This document shows positions 13,429 through 26,364 of a stretch of DNA of 64,000 nucleotides, piece by piece. Position 1 is the first letter of the stretch. Each line of letters starts with the position of its first letter. A model generated the notes under the pieces. The model saw only the letters and a list, made by a program, of their open reading frames with translations. It searched no databases and was not told the DNA's origin. The position numbers were made by a program, and so were the translations under genes. The DNA comes from Chiloscyllium plagiosum (Eukaryota), in assembly GCF_004010195.1 (NCBI RefSeq), contig NC_057718.1:60708795-60772794 (forward strand), read 5' to 3'.

Positions 13429-14970
13429 AACATTCTGGTAATAGTACTGGACACTTGTGCTCCATGACATGCTGCATCGACAGCCAAGCAGTTCCAGTAC
13501 AGCAGCAACAGTGGCATCTACTTGACAATGTGAAAAATTGCCCAGCTTTGTTCTGGACACAGAAATGATAAATCTAACCTAACCAATTACTGTCCCAACA
13601 GTCTACTTTTAATCATCAGTAAAATGAAGGAAGTTGTCATCAACAGTGCTATGTTGTAGCACATGCTGAGCAATAACTGGTTTAGTGATGCCCAGTTGGT
13701 GTTCTGACAGGGTTCATTCAGCTTCTGGCCTGAATGCAGCCTTGGTTCAAACAGAGATAACAGAGCTGAATTCCAGAGGTAAGGTGAGAGTGACAGCCCT
13801 TGACATCAGTGCCACAATTGACTGAGTGTGGCATCAAATAGCATTTGCAAAACTGGAGTCAATAGCAAATGTGGGAAAACGTTTTGCTGGTTAAAATCAT
13901 AGCTGACATATAGGAAGGTCATTACGGTTGGTTGGAGGTCCAGCAAGTCATTGCCAGGATATCTCTGCAGGAGTTCCTCAGGTTAGTTTCCTTGGCTGAA
14001 ACATCTTCACCTGCTTCATCAATGAACATCCTTCCATCATAAGGTCAGAAGTTGGATGTTCATTGATAATTGCACAATGTTCAGCATCATTTACAATGCT
14101 TCAGATATTCAAGCAGCCCATGTTCAAATGCAACAAGACCCTGGACAATATTCAGACTTGAGATGAAAACTGGTAACTAACACTCATGCTGCACAATAGC
14201 TATCTCCAATCCCTCACTATTAACATTCTGTGGATTGTCACTGACCAGAAACTCAACTGGACCAGCCATGTAAAGTTAGCGACAGTAAGAGCAGGCCAGA
14301 GGTTAGGAATCTTACAGTGAATAACTACTTTCTGACCTCCTATAAGACACAAGTCAGGAATGGAATGGAATACTTCCCACTTACCTGAATGAGTACAGAT
14401 CAGAAAACATTCAAGAAGTTTGCTGTCATCCAGGTCAAAAGCTGACGTGGTTAGCAGAACATCCACAAACATCCACCCTCTCCATCATCGATGCTTAATC
14501 ACAGCAGTGTATACCATCTACGAGATGCACTGCAGAAATTTACTAAAGATCCTCAGTCAGCACGTTTTAAAGCAATCATCACTTCCGTATAGAAGGACTT
14601 GAGCAGCAGATGCATAGGAATACCACCACTATCTGTGAGGATCTAAAATCTGGATTTAGGCTGTTGTCAGGAGCAACCATTTAATGCATGCTTTTACTAA
14701 TTACAAAATGGTTTCTTAATGCAAGTAACGTAAAATAACATAACAAAATGGCTTCTAGGAGCAATGGCATCTAACTTCGCTGAAAACTGCATTCCTGAAC
14801 TAACTGAAAGAGATTAACAAACAATGCCCTGTTCATAGTATAAATTAACTAAGCAAGATAGGACATTATTAAAGTATTCAAATTGGCATTGGAAACCAGG
14901 TGACAAGGGATGAAGACGCGAAACCAAGTTAGTTCCCAAGAAATATCATTGGCTTAATTTTGTGTCTTCT

Positions 14971-15110
14971 AGGAGAAAGTGAGGACTGCAGATGCTGGAG
15001 ATCAGAGCTGAAAAAGGCTCCTGAAGAAGGGCTCATGCCCAAAACGTCGATTCTCCTGCTCCTTGGATGCTGCCTGACCTGGTGCGCTTTTCCAGCAACA
15101 CATTTTCAGC
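14971..15110. mobile_element. Penelope-like family A inverted mini-element
   Basis: Inverted tail aggagaaagtgaggactgcagatgctggagatcagagctgaaaa, then forward ctgaagaagggctcatgcccaaaacgtcg; flanked by gcttaatttt(g/a)tgtct (14952 and 15109). Confidence 0.85.
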
Positions 15111-15257
15111 TTAATTTTATGTCTATTTGTCACATCATTTCTTATTATTGGATTAATTTTGCAATTAGGACTTCTGTTTCTTAAGAGACCTATAAAAAGT
15201 TGTCTGTGTTTTAAGATTGTGTGCAGCTTTTCCAGAGTACACAGAGGTGTTTAACCT

Positions 15258-15550
15258 GCATGTCCTCAGCAGAGTGGGAGGGGAAGTTGAAATGTCCAGC
15301 CACGGGGAGTGGGGTTAATTGGTGCAGGTGTCCCTGAGATGTTCTCTGAAGCACTCTGTGGGAAGGCGTCCAGTCTCCACAATATAGAGGAGACCACATT
15401 GGGAGCAACGGATACAATAAACATTCTGGTAATAGTACTGGGCACTTGTGCTCCATGACATGCTGCATCGGCAGCCAAGCAGTTCCAGTACAGCTGCAAC
15501 AGTGGCATCTACTTGACAATGTGAAAAATTGCCCAGCTTTGTTCTGGACA
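15258..15550 (+). repeat. 293-bp direct duplicate of 13267-13559
   Basis: Colinear without gaps, about 14 substitutions counted by eye; spans the Penelope/LINE junction. Confidence 0.95.
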
Positions 15551-17094
15551 ACCTATGCCCAGCCTCATAAAAAGCTTGCTAAAAGAGACCAAGCTGCTAG
15601 TGTTTATTTGACCGAGCACGAAATCGAAAGGCCCCGCTTGGGTGTCCAGATTTACGTCTGCAAGATCCCTTCCAAGTTACTCATCATGCCAACTTAGAAG
15701 TATATCACATTTCCTTCCATGTCATTGGGTCAAAATCCTGAAATTCTCTCCCTAATGGCATTGTGCCAATGGCTGTTCAGGAAGGCAGCACACCCCTTCC
15801 CAAGAGCAACTAGGGACCAGCAAGACATACTGGCCCAACCAGCAATGTTCATACCTCATTTGTCAATTAAAAAATGTTTTGTTTCAGTTTTTAAGAAGAA
15901 AGTTGTATTCAGTTCATTGCTAATTTAAATGTCATATGCAAAGGAAATTAAAGTTTATCAGCTAACTATTTGAAGAAGATTTAGGAACAGATGTTCTCAT
16001 TTTGATTTAAAGGGGGAACGTTAGCAAACAAAAATGGGTGATTTGGGAGCGGGTAAAGAAAGCAATTAATGACCTGAGAGCAAATTAAAATCCCACCATG
16101 GTCGATACAAAACTTAAATTTAGTTGCTTAAAATCTAGAATAAAAGCTAATATCAATAATGATGATAATGAAGCTATAAGTCACAGCAAACGGAATGGCT
16201 CCTACTTGCCTTCAAAGAGGATCTGGCAAGCTACTCAGTAGTATTCAAGAAGACAGATATAGGAAAAAGGTGAGCACTTTTATAGTACTTCTGGTGAGTC
16301 AACAGTAGCAGGGTCCTTTCTCCATTTCCCCTAAGCTCTCTTATTAGAACCATCCCCAAAATAGAAAGGGGTCTAGAGTCTGGAATCAAGTGCACAGTGA
16401 GAATAGGGATTGGATTACCAAGAGATTGAACACTTCCCTATTGTTAGCAAATATTGTTATAAGATTGGACAGTCCCATCCTTTCTGCTCTCTGAGTCTGG
16501 GTTTATATCTTGCATTTCCCCAAAAGGAAATCAGACTGAATTCTGGATTGTTGATCATCCCGCCCCACCGACATACCACACTCTGGCAACTTATCCTTTA
16601 AGTTTAACAAGCCAGTCCATAGAAACATCATACGATTGCTCTAACAGAAACATCTAATTGACTATTATGGACTTCCCTGTGGTCATAGCTCCTGACGACA
16701 GTAAGCTATCTGCAGGTAGTAAGGAAAAACAATTATAATGAGGCATGAATTTTAGAAAAAATATACTATAAGCACTTGGAATTTATGTTTGAGCCATCTA
16801 CATAAATCTTGTGGAACCTTGTACAATATTCGAAGAAGAAATCTAGACTCATTGTTGTTACTTGTATTCTGCATAATGTTGTCACATAAATGAAAAACAA
16901 AATTGCTATTTATGTAGTTTCTAAATGATCTCAATGTCCCAAACTATTTCATTACTAATGAAGTACTTTGAAGTGTTTTCACTACTGTTATTCAGTCTCC
17001 TTCTTTTGCAAAATTAGGTAATCAATGCTTTTCAAAAACGTTTCCATTGACTGATGTCAATGATTGGATTAACATTACTGCTTTGCCACAAAAG

Positions 17095-17975
17095 TTATAG
17101 AGTCATAGAGTCTTGAGTCATACCGTGTTACGAAACTAAGCTAGTCCCACTTGCCTGCATTTGGCCCATATCCCTCCAAACTTTTCCTATTCATGAACTT
17201 ATCCAAATGTCTTAAATGTTGTAACTATACCCGCGTCCATCACATTCTCCAGCAGTTCTTTCCACACATGAATGACTCTATGTAAAAAAAAATTGTCCTT
17301 TTTTTAATCTTTCTCTTCTCACCTCAAAAATATGCTCCCTACTTTTGAACTCCTCCTCCCTAGGGAAAAGACTTGTATCATTTAGTTTATCTATGCCCCT
17401 TATGATCTTATACATCTCAATAAGGATAGCCCTCAACTTCCAAGGCTCCAGTGGAAAAAGTCCCAGTCTTTCCAATCTATTTTTATATCATAAACAGTCT
17501 ATTTCAGGCAACATCCTGGTATAAATCTTTTGTAAATCCTCTCCAGTTTAATAATATCCTTCCTGTAACAGGATAACCACAACTGTACATGTACTCCAGA
17601 AGAGACCTCACCAGTGTCTGCACAATGTCAACACTACATCCCAACTCCTATACTCAAAGATCTGAGCAATGAAAACAATCCTGCTATACGCCTTCTTAAC
17701 CACCCTGTCCAACCATGACACAAATTTCAAAGAACTATGCACCAGAAACCCAAGGTTTTGCAACATTATCCAAGGCCCTACCATTAATTGTACAAGTCAC
17801 GCCCTGGTTTGTATTACCAAAATGCAAAACCTTATAGTTATCCAAATTAAACTCCATTTGCCTCTCCTCAGCCTATTGACTCAATTGATCAAAATCTCCT
17901 TTTAATCTTAGATAATCTTCACTGTCCACTCTACCACAAATTTTACTGTCATCTGCAAACTTACGAACCATGACT
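17095..17975 (-). mobile_element. CR1/HER1-like LINE 3' fragment
   Basis: Minus peptide ERLGLFPLEPWKLRAILIEMYKIIRGIDK; tail tagagtcatagagtc at the left end. Confidence 0.85.
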
Positions 17976-18769
17976 CTTCCAGTTCATGAGCAGTCAATAG
18001 CAGCTGGTTCCATAATGCTTGTTTAGTGACAAAATCTATCTAATATGCAAAGTCAGTTTCACCATGAAGCTTTTGTGGACATTGATATTGTAAGAGTTGT
18101 CATCACCTGAAGAGTGCACACAAGTAAATAAAGAGACTTTTCTGATATATTACTGTGCTGAGATCCCCAGTTATGTAGGTTATTAAAATTCCATTGGATT
18201 GTCATTGTGTAATTGCTAGCTCATGACACAAGCAACTTATAAGACATGAAAGCTGAAGTGAGAACGATATATCCTTTAACCCACAGCATGCCATGGACTT
18301 GTTTATTCTTGGGACCAACAGGAAGACATGCATTTGCTTGTAACAATTCCTGTGATTGACATTCCCATACTTGAGTCACATCCAAAATTATTGGTGACTA
18401 CCTCTGTTGGAATGCCACTAAAAGCTATATCATTTTCTAAGCCATGGAGCTAAAGTTTTCCATGGGCTACTAAAATAAGTGATACATGTTTATGTTGATA
18501 GAATTGTTTTTTATTTATTTCCATACTATGTTTGAACGACAACCTGAAACATAGGTTCAGTATTCAAAGGTTTAATGAAAATCTATTAAAAAGCATAAAA
18601 ACACAAATACAGCTAATTTGATCATGGCAATTCTTGCATACTATGCATCTCCAATCTGTAGTGGGATCGAACATTACATCCTGTAGTTTTATAAAGGACA
18701 CAGCGGAAATTAGGGAGGTTACAATGAAGGTAACTAAATTGAAACTTTGAATTGGGCACTTCATGGAGA

Positions 18770-19150
18770 AGCTAAAGTATCTCGGAATGTTTACATGGGC
18801 ATGGGAGAAAATGCTTCTTTAAGGAAATCCTATTAAGGTGTTCAAGATTGCAATAATATGATTGACAATATCACAGCTCTACACAGAAAAAAAAGACTCA
18901 AACTCAGAAAAGGGAAGATCAACAAATAATTTAGAACTTATATAATGTCTTAAATACAGATAAAACAGACTGCATGAAGAGGCAGTGAAAGTGGATATTG
19001 TTGGCAAATTCAAGTGAAAATTGGACTGATATTTAGCAGAAAAACAATTGAAGGGCATGAAACATATTAGATTATGGAATCTTTCAAACTTTGGGACTAG
19101 CTAGATTGACTGCAATGGTGTGAGTTAGCACAGTATATCTAGACATTCCT
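18770..19150 (+). mobile_element. Very old CR1 3' fragment
   Basis: Weak similarity to the CR1 C-terminal region (gaggcagtgaaagtggat..ttcaag..ttggactgatatttag). Confidence 0.4.
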
Positions 19151-22125
19151 ATGTGCCTTGCAAGTGGTCAATATGGTGATGACAGATCCACTTGTTATTT
19201 TCAAAATATTCATTCAAATGACAATGCTTACTTTATCAGCTTTAACATACAGCCCCACACTTTGCCATTTAAATAATAGGGAACCAAGCAGGTCTTAACA
19301 TTATTCAGCTGAAAATCAGACAGCAACATCTGCAGACTACATTTGTGCACTTTAAAGCAATAAGTTGCTGTCTGAACTACCCTTTCCTCCAGAAATTATA
19401 CTTAATACTCAGCACTGAAATATATAGGAGCACATTTAAGGGGCATAAATCATGCTAGTGTACATCACCAGACGAGATGTGATATATAATCATGTGGTCA
19501 TTGGGCAGAAGATAAGAGCAGTCATAAAGATTAACTTTGTTAGCTAACCTCCCAGATTTTGATGTATGTAGTTTTGTCTCTTCAAATGAAGTAACCCAAG
19601 TAATTGAGTTAGAAATCTTCTTTGTGTAGTTGGCATTTTTGTGTTAGGTATAAAACACAAAATTGTCCTCCACTCTGATGGTGCTAACAGCTGTGAAACA
19701 GAATATTCTTTATTCTATTATAAAGAATACACACCACTGTATTCTATATACCTTCACTAGTAACTCCTCTGTTGGTTGCCCTCATGTTGCACTTGTTCTT
19801 GTTTCCCAATGGAGCTGCCATCCACTCAGTGCTGCAGCCCCTCCCAGTAGTTCTCCTACCTTGGGAACATACCATTCCACATTGGTTAAATGGTGAATAC
19901 AGAGATAATCTCTGAATTGACTACCAAACTATAATATTACAACAAATGGTGCACTGCAGAAGTGAGCAATGGGTCAACTGCAATTGGTCTGGCTCCTGAG
20001 AACTTTCAAAGCTAGTAAAATTCCACCCAGCTTCCCTGGCGTGAAAACAAACTTTTACAAATGAGAAGTCACACTGCTGTATTAGCTACTGTAAAGCAGA
20101 TGATTTCATAGAGTTAAAAATGCTCAAAAATTGCAACCAAAAATTGTTCCCTGATCTAATAAATATATTCAACATAATGATAGAGTTAATGATTAAACTG
20201 TAGTTTTATTATGAAATACACCAGCTCCATGCTCACTTTCCATTTTACAGTATATTTAGTTAAACTGCACCTCCTGTGTGATGATAAAATCCATGCTTTA
20301 AAATTTTATTTATTACAAATGTCATTTAGAAATAATTTGAAAGTTCCATCCACTGGCCAGCTGGACAAATGGACTGTCCATACAAACTAAATGGAATTCA
20401 TCTATGTGTTTACTTATCTTATTTTAAACAAAGCAGCAATGGAGACATAACAAGTGGGTTCAGTATCCTTCAGTTTTAGAGGGAAAAGTCAGCCAAGGCT
20501 CACAACATCACAGTAGCTGCTGCAAAGTGTACTTGCAGATATTGAATGAGGACAGCTTTGATGTCCCTTCTACCTCCATAGTGAAGCTCTGTGCCAACTC
20601 TCATTACTTGGTTGACACATGATAGATAACTGACTCAGGGAGGTAGCAGAGAGCCAATATAGTCAGTGGAATTGTAATCCTTCAGAAGAAGGGGGAAATG
20701 GTGAGCAGACTAGAGGGCTAGAAAAAAAACATCAACAGTAAACTTCTGAGTGTGAAGACATTTTATTACTTTGTATTGTCTTCACAATTTTTATCAGTGC
20801 AAAATAGAGAAAGTTTTGTGCAAAAATTTAATGTTACCTTACATTAGTATATATAATAGTTGTGCTGCTTTATAGAAGGATAAATAAAGGTTGTCTATGT
20901 AATATGATGCAGTGCAAGTTTGCACTTTTCAATGTCATAGCTAGCACTCTAACCACTCTATTTTTATGAGTAGCAACAAGCAAGAATATGTGTGGTACTT
21001 TAATTACAATCCATCTTCTCGTCACCATAGATACAGATATTGACATAAAATTAGACACATTGGCACATGCTGTTTGGGTGTTATGAGTGCCCACTGGAGC
21101 TCCAACTTGGCATTTGTAGGACTATGTGGAAATTACTCCAAATGCCATAATGGTGAGGGCACGAGCACACGCCAGAAACGTGTATTGCAGACAGATCAGA
21201 GAGAAAATTCGACGTGTTATGGCCTTTTGATGCAACCCATGCAACTTTGCAACTCAGCACCCTGTCTTAAGCTTGCAAAATGTGCAAATGTCAATGGATA
21301 TAAGAATCCTCCACCCTCTTCTAATGCTATTTAAAGAAATCATCAACTACATAGAGATTGATTACTGTTTGACTTATTTCACCTATTGCTATCATTCAAC
21401 ACATTTTGTTGCTTCCTCTAGTTGTTTAAGGTTGCAAAATTCTACAGGTAGTGGCATTGCAGGTGCAGAAAGAGGTTTTTCTGACTTTAAGGGTCTTGCA
21501 CAAGTCAGCTGCTCTCAGACATGGGCAAACTAACAGGAGTTTATCTTGGGATGTAGCAGGGCTTGGACACTGAATAGAGATTGCGAGAGTTAGATAAGCT
21601 GCTGAAGGGGGAGAAGAAGGACAGGGAGCTATTTCTTAGCAAGTAGACTGTATCCACTTAGGTTGCCTAGAAAGCAATTCCCGGCCTGCATGTCTGTGAA
21701 GAACACTGTATGTTGTGCATTTCAGAAAGGTAATCTGCTACCAGTTGCAACATACAATGGGAAACAGAGAATATGACAAGGTTGGAACTCCCTGTGCTCT
21801 TGAAGGTGATCATAGCCAAAAACCTTATGGGTTTAGCTCCTTCCAGCCAGAAGCTAGAAATGTTTGCAACATCTCATAGTTTGCCACCCATTGTTGTAAA
21901 AGAAGGACCGACATTGTGTTTAGTCTTCAAGGACTTAAAAAAAAAGTGAGCATGAAGTTTTCATAAGATTTCAAACTTCATGATACAAGCATCATATATT
22001 TTAATGTAGCCTTATGCAGGAACCGGACAACATTCCAGTTCTACAACTTTCAGCTCATGTATCCCCATCAGCAGTGAATTATGCAGGCCAATGCCAAAAA
22101 TTCTGGTTCCTATAATGGAATCATA

Positions 22126-22442
22126 GGATTAGATTACCTACAGTGTGGAAACAGGCCCTTCGGTCCAACAAGTCCACACAGACCCTCCGAAGAGAAACCC
22201 ACCCCCCCCTATATTTACCCCTGACTAATCCACCTAACACTACGGGCAATTTAGCATGGCCAATTCACCTAACCTGCACATCTTTGGACTGTAGTAGGAA
22301 ACCAGAGCACTCAGGGGAAACCCACACAGACACGGGGAGAATGTGCAAACTCCACACAGACAGTTGCCCGAGGTGGGAATTGAACCCGGGTCCCTGGAGC
22401 TGTGAGGCAGCAGTGCTAACCACTGAACCACCGTGCCGTCCC
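22126..22442 (-). mobile_element. HE1-like tRNA-derived V-SINE
   Basis: Reverse complement reads ggcacggtggttcagtggttagcactgctgcctcacagc..gggttcaattccc (A/B boxes), V-domain gtggagtttgcacattctccccgtgtctg, and the CR1-type tail gggcctgtttccacactgtagg. Confidence 0.95.
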
Positions 22443-23004
22443 CAAATGGCAGGAAATGGCAGGAAATAATTTGTCCTGTTAAGTTTGCATTAGCTCACTG
22501 GAAGAGCAGCTTGATTAGTCCTACGCCTGCACTCTGTTGTATAGCCCTGAAATGCACTTCCAGTAGCCAAACCAGAGGGCAGTGATTTAAGATAAATATC
22601 AAATGAACCAACATAAGTACAAAGGAAAATGTTTTTAATGTAGTGAATAGTTAAGAGATAGAATATACTGCCTTACAGTGTGATGGCGACAGATTAATCT
22701 CGGTTTCAAAGATAAATTTACTATGTTAATGTCATAGGTACCATTTTGCAACTTGGCATCCTCTTTTGTTTCAAACAACTGAACACAACTTCAAAAACCA
22801 TAAGCATCCTCCAAACCCTCTGAACACTATTGTAAGGAGTAAACCATGAATCACTGCTGAAATTCCGAACTATGTGCCATCTGCAAGCTTTAAACTTGTG
22901 TCCTATGTAGCCATGTCTAGGTCATTAATATATATCAAGAAAGCAGTGGCATTATTCCCAACTCCTGGAGAACTCCACTGCATAGCTTCCTTCAGTATGA
23001 ATTA

Positions 23005-23390
23005 GAATTAGGTTTATTATCACGTGTACTAAAGTTATAAAAGAACAGGAATACAATGAAAAGTCTACAATGTAGCCAACACAGCACCATCTTAAGTACA
23101 GAGTCCCGAGGTACAAATCTTAAGTCCAAAACAATCGAGAAAATAAAGAAAAAGTTACACTACATTATAGATATACATAGTATAAGTACAAGGTAGGAAA
23201 ACAAGAAATAAAGCTAAAAGTTAGACATTACAATCTTTCTATAAGGGCTTCCACATGGTCTGACTGCACTCCAGCGGTTTCCAAACCTCAGCAGTAATCT
23301 TCACTGCAGCCCACTGGTCACCCCTGCTCAGGTTTCAGGCTGCTCCTGCTTCACTCCAGCCAACTGACCATCCAGCCATTCACCACCACT
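23005..23390 (-). mobile_element. Unclassified non-autonomous retroposon; second copy at about 54085-54510
   Basis: Both copies share tttatt..aatacaRtgaaaagt..aaataaag..tt(a)Yaatctttct; the minus-strand end ttttcaYtgtatt..aataaa resembles a LINE tail. Confidence 0.4.
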
Positions 23391-24640
23391 CTGTTTCCTC
23401 TCAGTTAGACATCTTTATCTTCAAACTGCGTTTGTCACTTTCATTCCATATGCTTCACGTTTGCTGACAAGTCTACCTTTTGGGAGTTCATGTGCACCAA
23501 ATCAACCGTGTCACTCTCAAATACTCTCTCCATTTCCTCATCAAAATATTAAGTTATTTGTTCATTAAACACTTTTTTCCTTTATCAAATTCATGCTGAT
23601 TTTCTTTAGTTCACACTTGTGGTCTGACAATCTTCTCTTAGATTAATATTTCTAAAGCCTGGGCCAAGGTTAAACTGACTAGCCTGGTTTTATTCATACA
23701 CTTTTTTTGAACAAAGTTGCTACATTTGCAATCTTTCAATCCACTGGCCAAGCCTGTATCTAAGGAGGATCTTGGGAAATGATGATCAGTGTGATGGACC
23801 CAGTTGATGGTGGTAGTGGGCAAGTTAGATCCCAGAGCATAATCTGGCTTGATAAATCAAGTTTTACTTCTACATGGTTTGCTTACGTGGTGCTTTGTCA
23901 CTGAGTATATTGACATGAGACAGACAATGCTCTGTTAACAAAGCAACAAAGGTTCATTGCAGCTTTAAAAAGCTGTAGAAGACAATTTGAAAATATCTTA
24001 ATATAAACAGCAAAAAATGTCATCCCTTTTCCCAACAACATTCCACAGAAACTCATGCACAGTGAAGTGTCAGTTTTATCTTGCCTCTTACTTATCTGAT
24101 TCTCAGATAATTTTCCCAGTTCTATGGTCTGAATTCCTCTGGTTCTGATAGCAAGGATATTCCTACAAAATTAACAAACTGCCTTTCTGCTAGACTGAAA
24201 CTGCTATACTGAACTGAAACCTGACACTTCTGAACTGAACTCTAACAACTAGTGTTCTGAACCAATTATTTTTATTATAAAACTCAGCATTATGAACATT
24301 TCATCAACTAACTTTGCAGGTATCTTGTTGGGAATTTAACTTGCGTGCTTCCTTGGAAGTTATATATTCAGTTCACTGTTTCAAATTACTTTCTGACTGC
24401 TTGAAAAAACAGTCACCTTTGCAAAATTCAAACCAAGGATTCATTGGTCTCCACTTTACAATCCAAATTTCCAAATAATATGAATAATATGTTGCGCCTA
24501 CATCATTTCAGTACCTTCACAAGTTCCATTTTAATGCTTTCAGCATCCTATGCAGTCCTGGTGATTTAATTATCGTCAACCTTTGTTCAGAGTCCTCTTT
24601 ATTATTTTTTAAAACCATCTACTGTCTCAACTGTAAGCAG

Positions 24641-24968
24641 GTGACCCAGGCTAATGTTCTGGGCATGAGGGATTGAATTATCCTATCACAGAAGGTGAAA
24701 TTTGAAATCAATAAAACTCTGGAATAAAATAAAAACCAGGCTAAAGGTAATCATCCAACCATGATTGATTGTTGTAAGAACTTATCGGGTTCACTAATGT
24801 CCTTTACAAATGGAAATCTGCCATTCATTATGGACTGGCCTTCATGTGACTCCAGATACCCAGCAATATCGTTGTCTCCTAACTACTCACTGGGCAATTA
24901 GGGATGGGAAATAAATATTAGCCTAGTTAGTGACGACTGCATTCCATGAATAAATAAATGAATAAAAA
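24641..24968 (+). mobile_element. SINE-like element sharing its 5' body and 3' tail with the LINE at 10548-15873
   Basis: ggttcactaatgtccttt..ctgccat..tggccttcatgtgactccaga matches 10720-10800 and is joined directly to the tail gggcaattagggatggg..ccatgaataaataaa. Confidence 0.75.
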
Positions 24969-25664
24969 TAATGACAATAACAAAACTAATAATAATAAAG
25001 CTACCTCCTCGTTTATAATGACAGTTACAGATCATTTTGTTTGGTAAGGACGGATGAAAAGTAATCATTTTATCCCGTATTGATATCATCGCTTTTTGGA
25101 CCCTATTCATACCCACACCTCTTTCACTCCCCTTTTACTATTACTGCATCCTTTGAAGACTTCTAGGTTCAATTTTATATTACCTACGAGTCTCTTCTCA
25201 GATTTTCTGCTTGCCTCTAATTTGTTTTTCACTTCCTCTGTGATCTTTATGCAACTTTACCTCTAAAGTTCAGAAACTGGGAATTAAAATGGACACAATC
25301 TCACATGGAATCCAACACAGTTATTGAGAATTTTATGCAAAACTGTTTTAATTAAATTATGCATTTCCTCTCAGATAGTCATTTAGAGATCACTGTAGCT
25401 CTCTTAGGAATGATCTTCTACCAAGATTCCCTTTACTTGGTTCACTGGGACTGTTTTGTCTTCCTTTTTGAGGACTTTTGCATGGAATATTTTCAGAGGA
25501 TTACATACAGAATGCAATGTTGAATGAGCTCATCTTCAATTCGCTATATAGTGAATTCCATATACTGTACCAATATCTGGGGGAAGGGATGTTCAAAGAT
25601 AGTCGCCATTCTTAAAAGTAAGATGCAGTTTGGCAATGTTTAGCTCTCAGTCCCTGCCAAAATG

Positions 25665-25845
25665 ATGTGGAGGAGTTGGTGTTGGATTGGGGTGGACAAA
25701 GTTAAAAATCGCACAACACCAGGTTATAGTCCACCAGGTTTTTTTGGGAGCACTAGCTTTTGGAGCACTGCTCCTTCACCAGGATGCTCGTGCTTCCAAA
25801 TAAACCTGTTGGACTATAACCTGGTGTTATGTGATCTTTAATTTT
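25665..25845. mobile_element. Penelope-like family B palindromic mini-element
   Basis: Tail plus arm acaacaccaggttatagtcc, then inverted arm ggactataacctggtgttatgtg; hammerhead on minus strand is mutated. Confidence 0.85.
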
Positions 25846-26364
25846 ATTCCTGCTGAAAAGTGAAGTTTCCTAAGATTTTCAGGAAATCTACTTGAAAATA
25901 CAATTATCAGAAATTTGCAGCCAAAATCATGCCTTCTTTGGTGTTGGGTGCCCTGAATTGCTTGACTAGCATCCTTACAATTTCAACAGCAATCAAATGA
26001 GAAACATGCTTATGTAAATGCCTTACCGACAATAGTATTCATTTAATCAGCATCTCTCATACAATTATGATATTGATGGTAAACACATATTGAATAACCA
26101 ACTCAAAATTTGCATTGAACTCATATTTGTACTGAATTAAGTTTTATGCAAAATCAACATGCCTCCTCAAAAGTTATAGAAAATTGTGGATTGTTAGTGT
26201 TGTTCTGTCTCTTTTAGTGGATCTCTTTTATGTTTTTTTTTAAAATGTTGATTCTCATGATGTCACCAGGCTGGGAGATGTTGAATACCTCAGCATGAAG
26301 AAGCCAAATGAACTGCCCACAGAGAAAGTCATAGAATATAGCCATGTCCTTTTAATATGAGCTA

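Larger units (their letters stand above)
14634..15655 (+). mobile_element. About 1-kb LTR-like insertion interrupting the LINE 3' part
   Basis: LINE text breaks at ...taccaccact (14630) and resumes at tctgcaag (15657). The insert starts tgtgagg..aaatctgga and ends tccagatttac, with TATA-like tataaaaa at 15191. Confidence 0.45.
10548..15873 (+). mobile_element. Near full-length degenerate APE-RT non-LTR retrotransposon (CR1 group, possibly Zenon-like) with tRNA-like head and three nested insertions
   Basis: APE-like QPDIVIL and IPGYALPHRQYRPSRGGSTV (11000-11140); RT-like VTALDI (about 13790) and SAGVPQ (about 13965); C-terminal HPLHHRCLITAVYTIYEMHC (14470-14530); A-rich 3' end near 15870. No ORF1 is visible. 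Confidence 0.8.

Noticed and set aside
22240..22442. tRNA genes at HE1 heads (also 44472, 45645, 55322)
   Set aside because: The A/B boxes continue into the V-domain and LINE tail, so these are SINEs rather than tRNA genes.
23790..24494. Possible solo LTR interrupting an old CR1
   Set aside because: It starts tgtgatg, but no matching right terminus or TSD was found.
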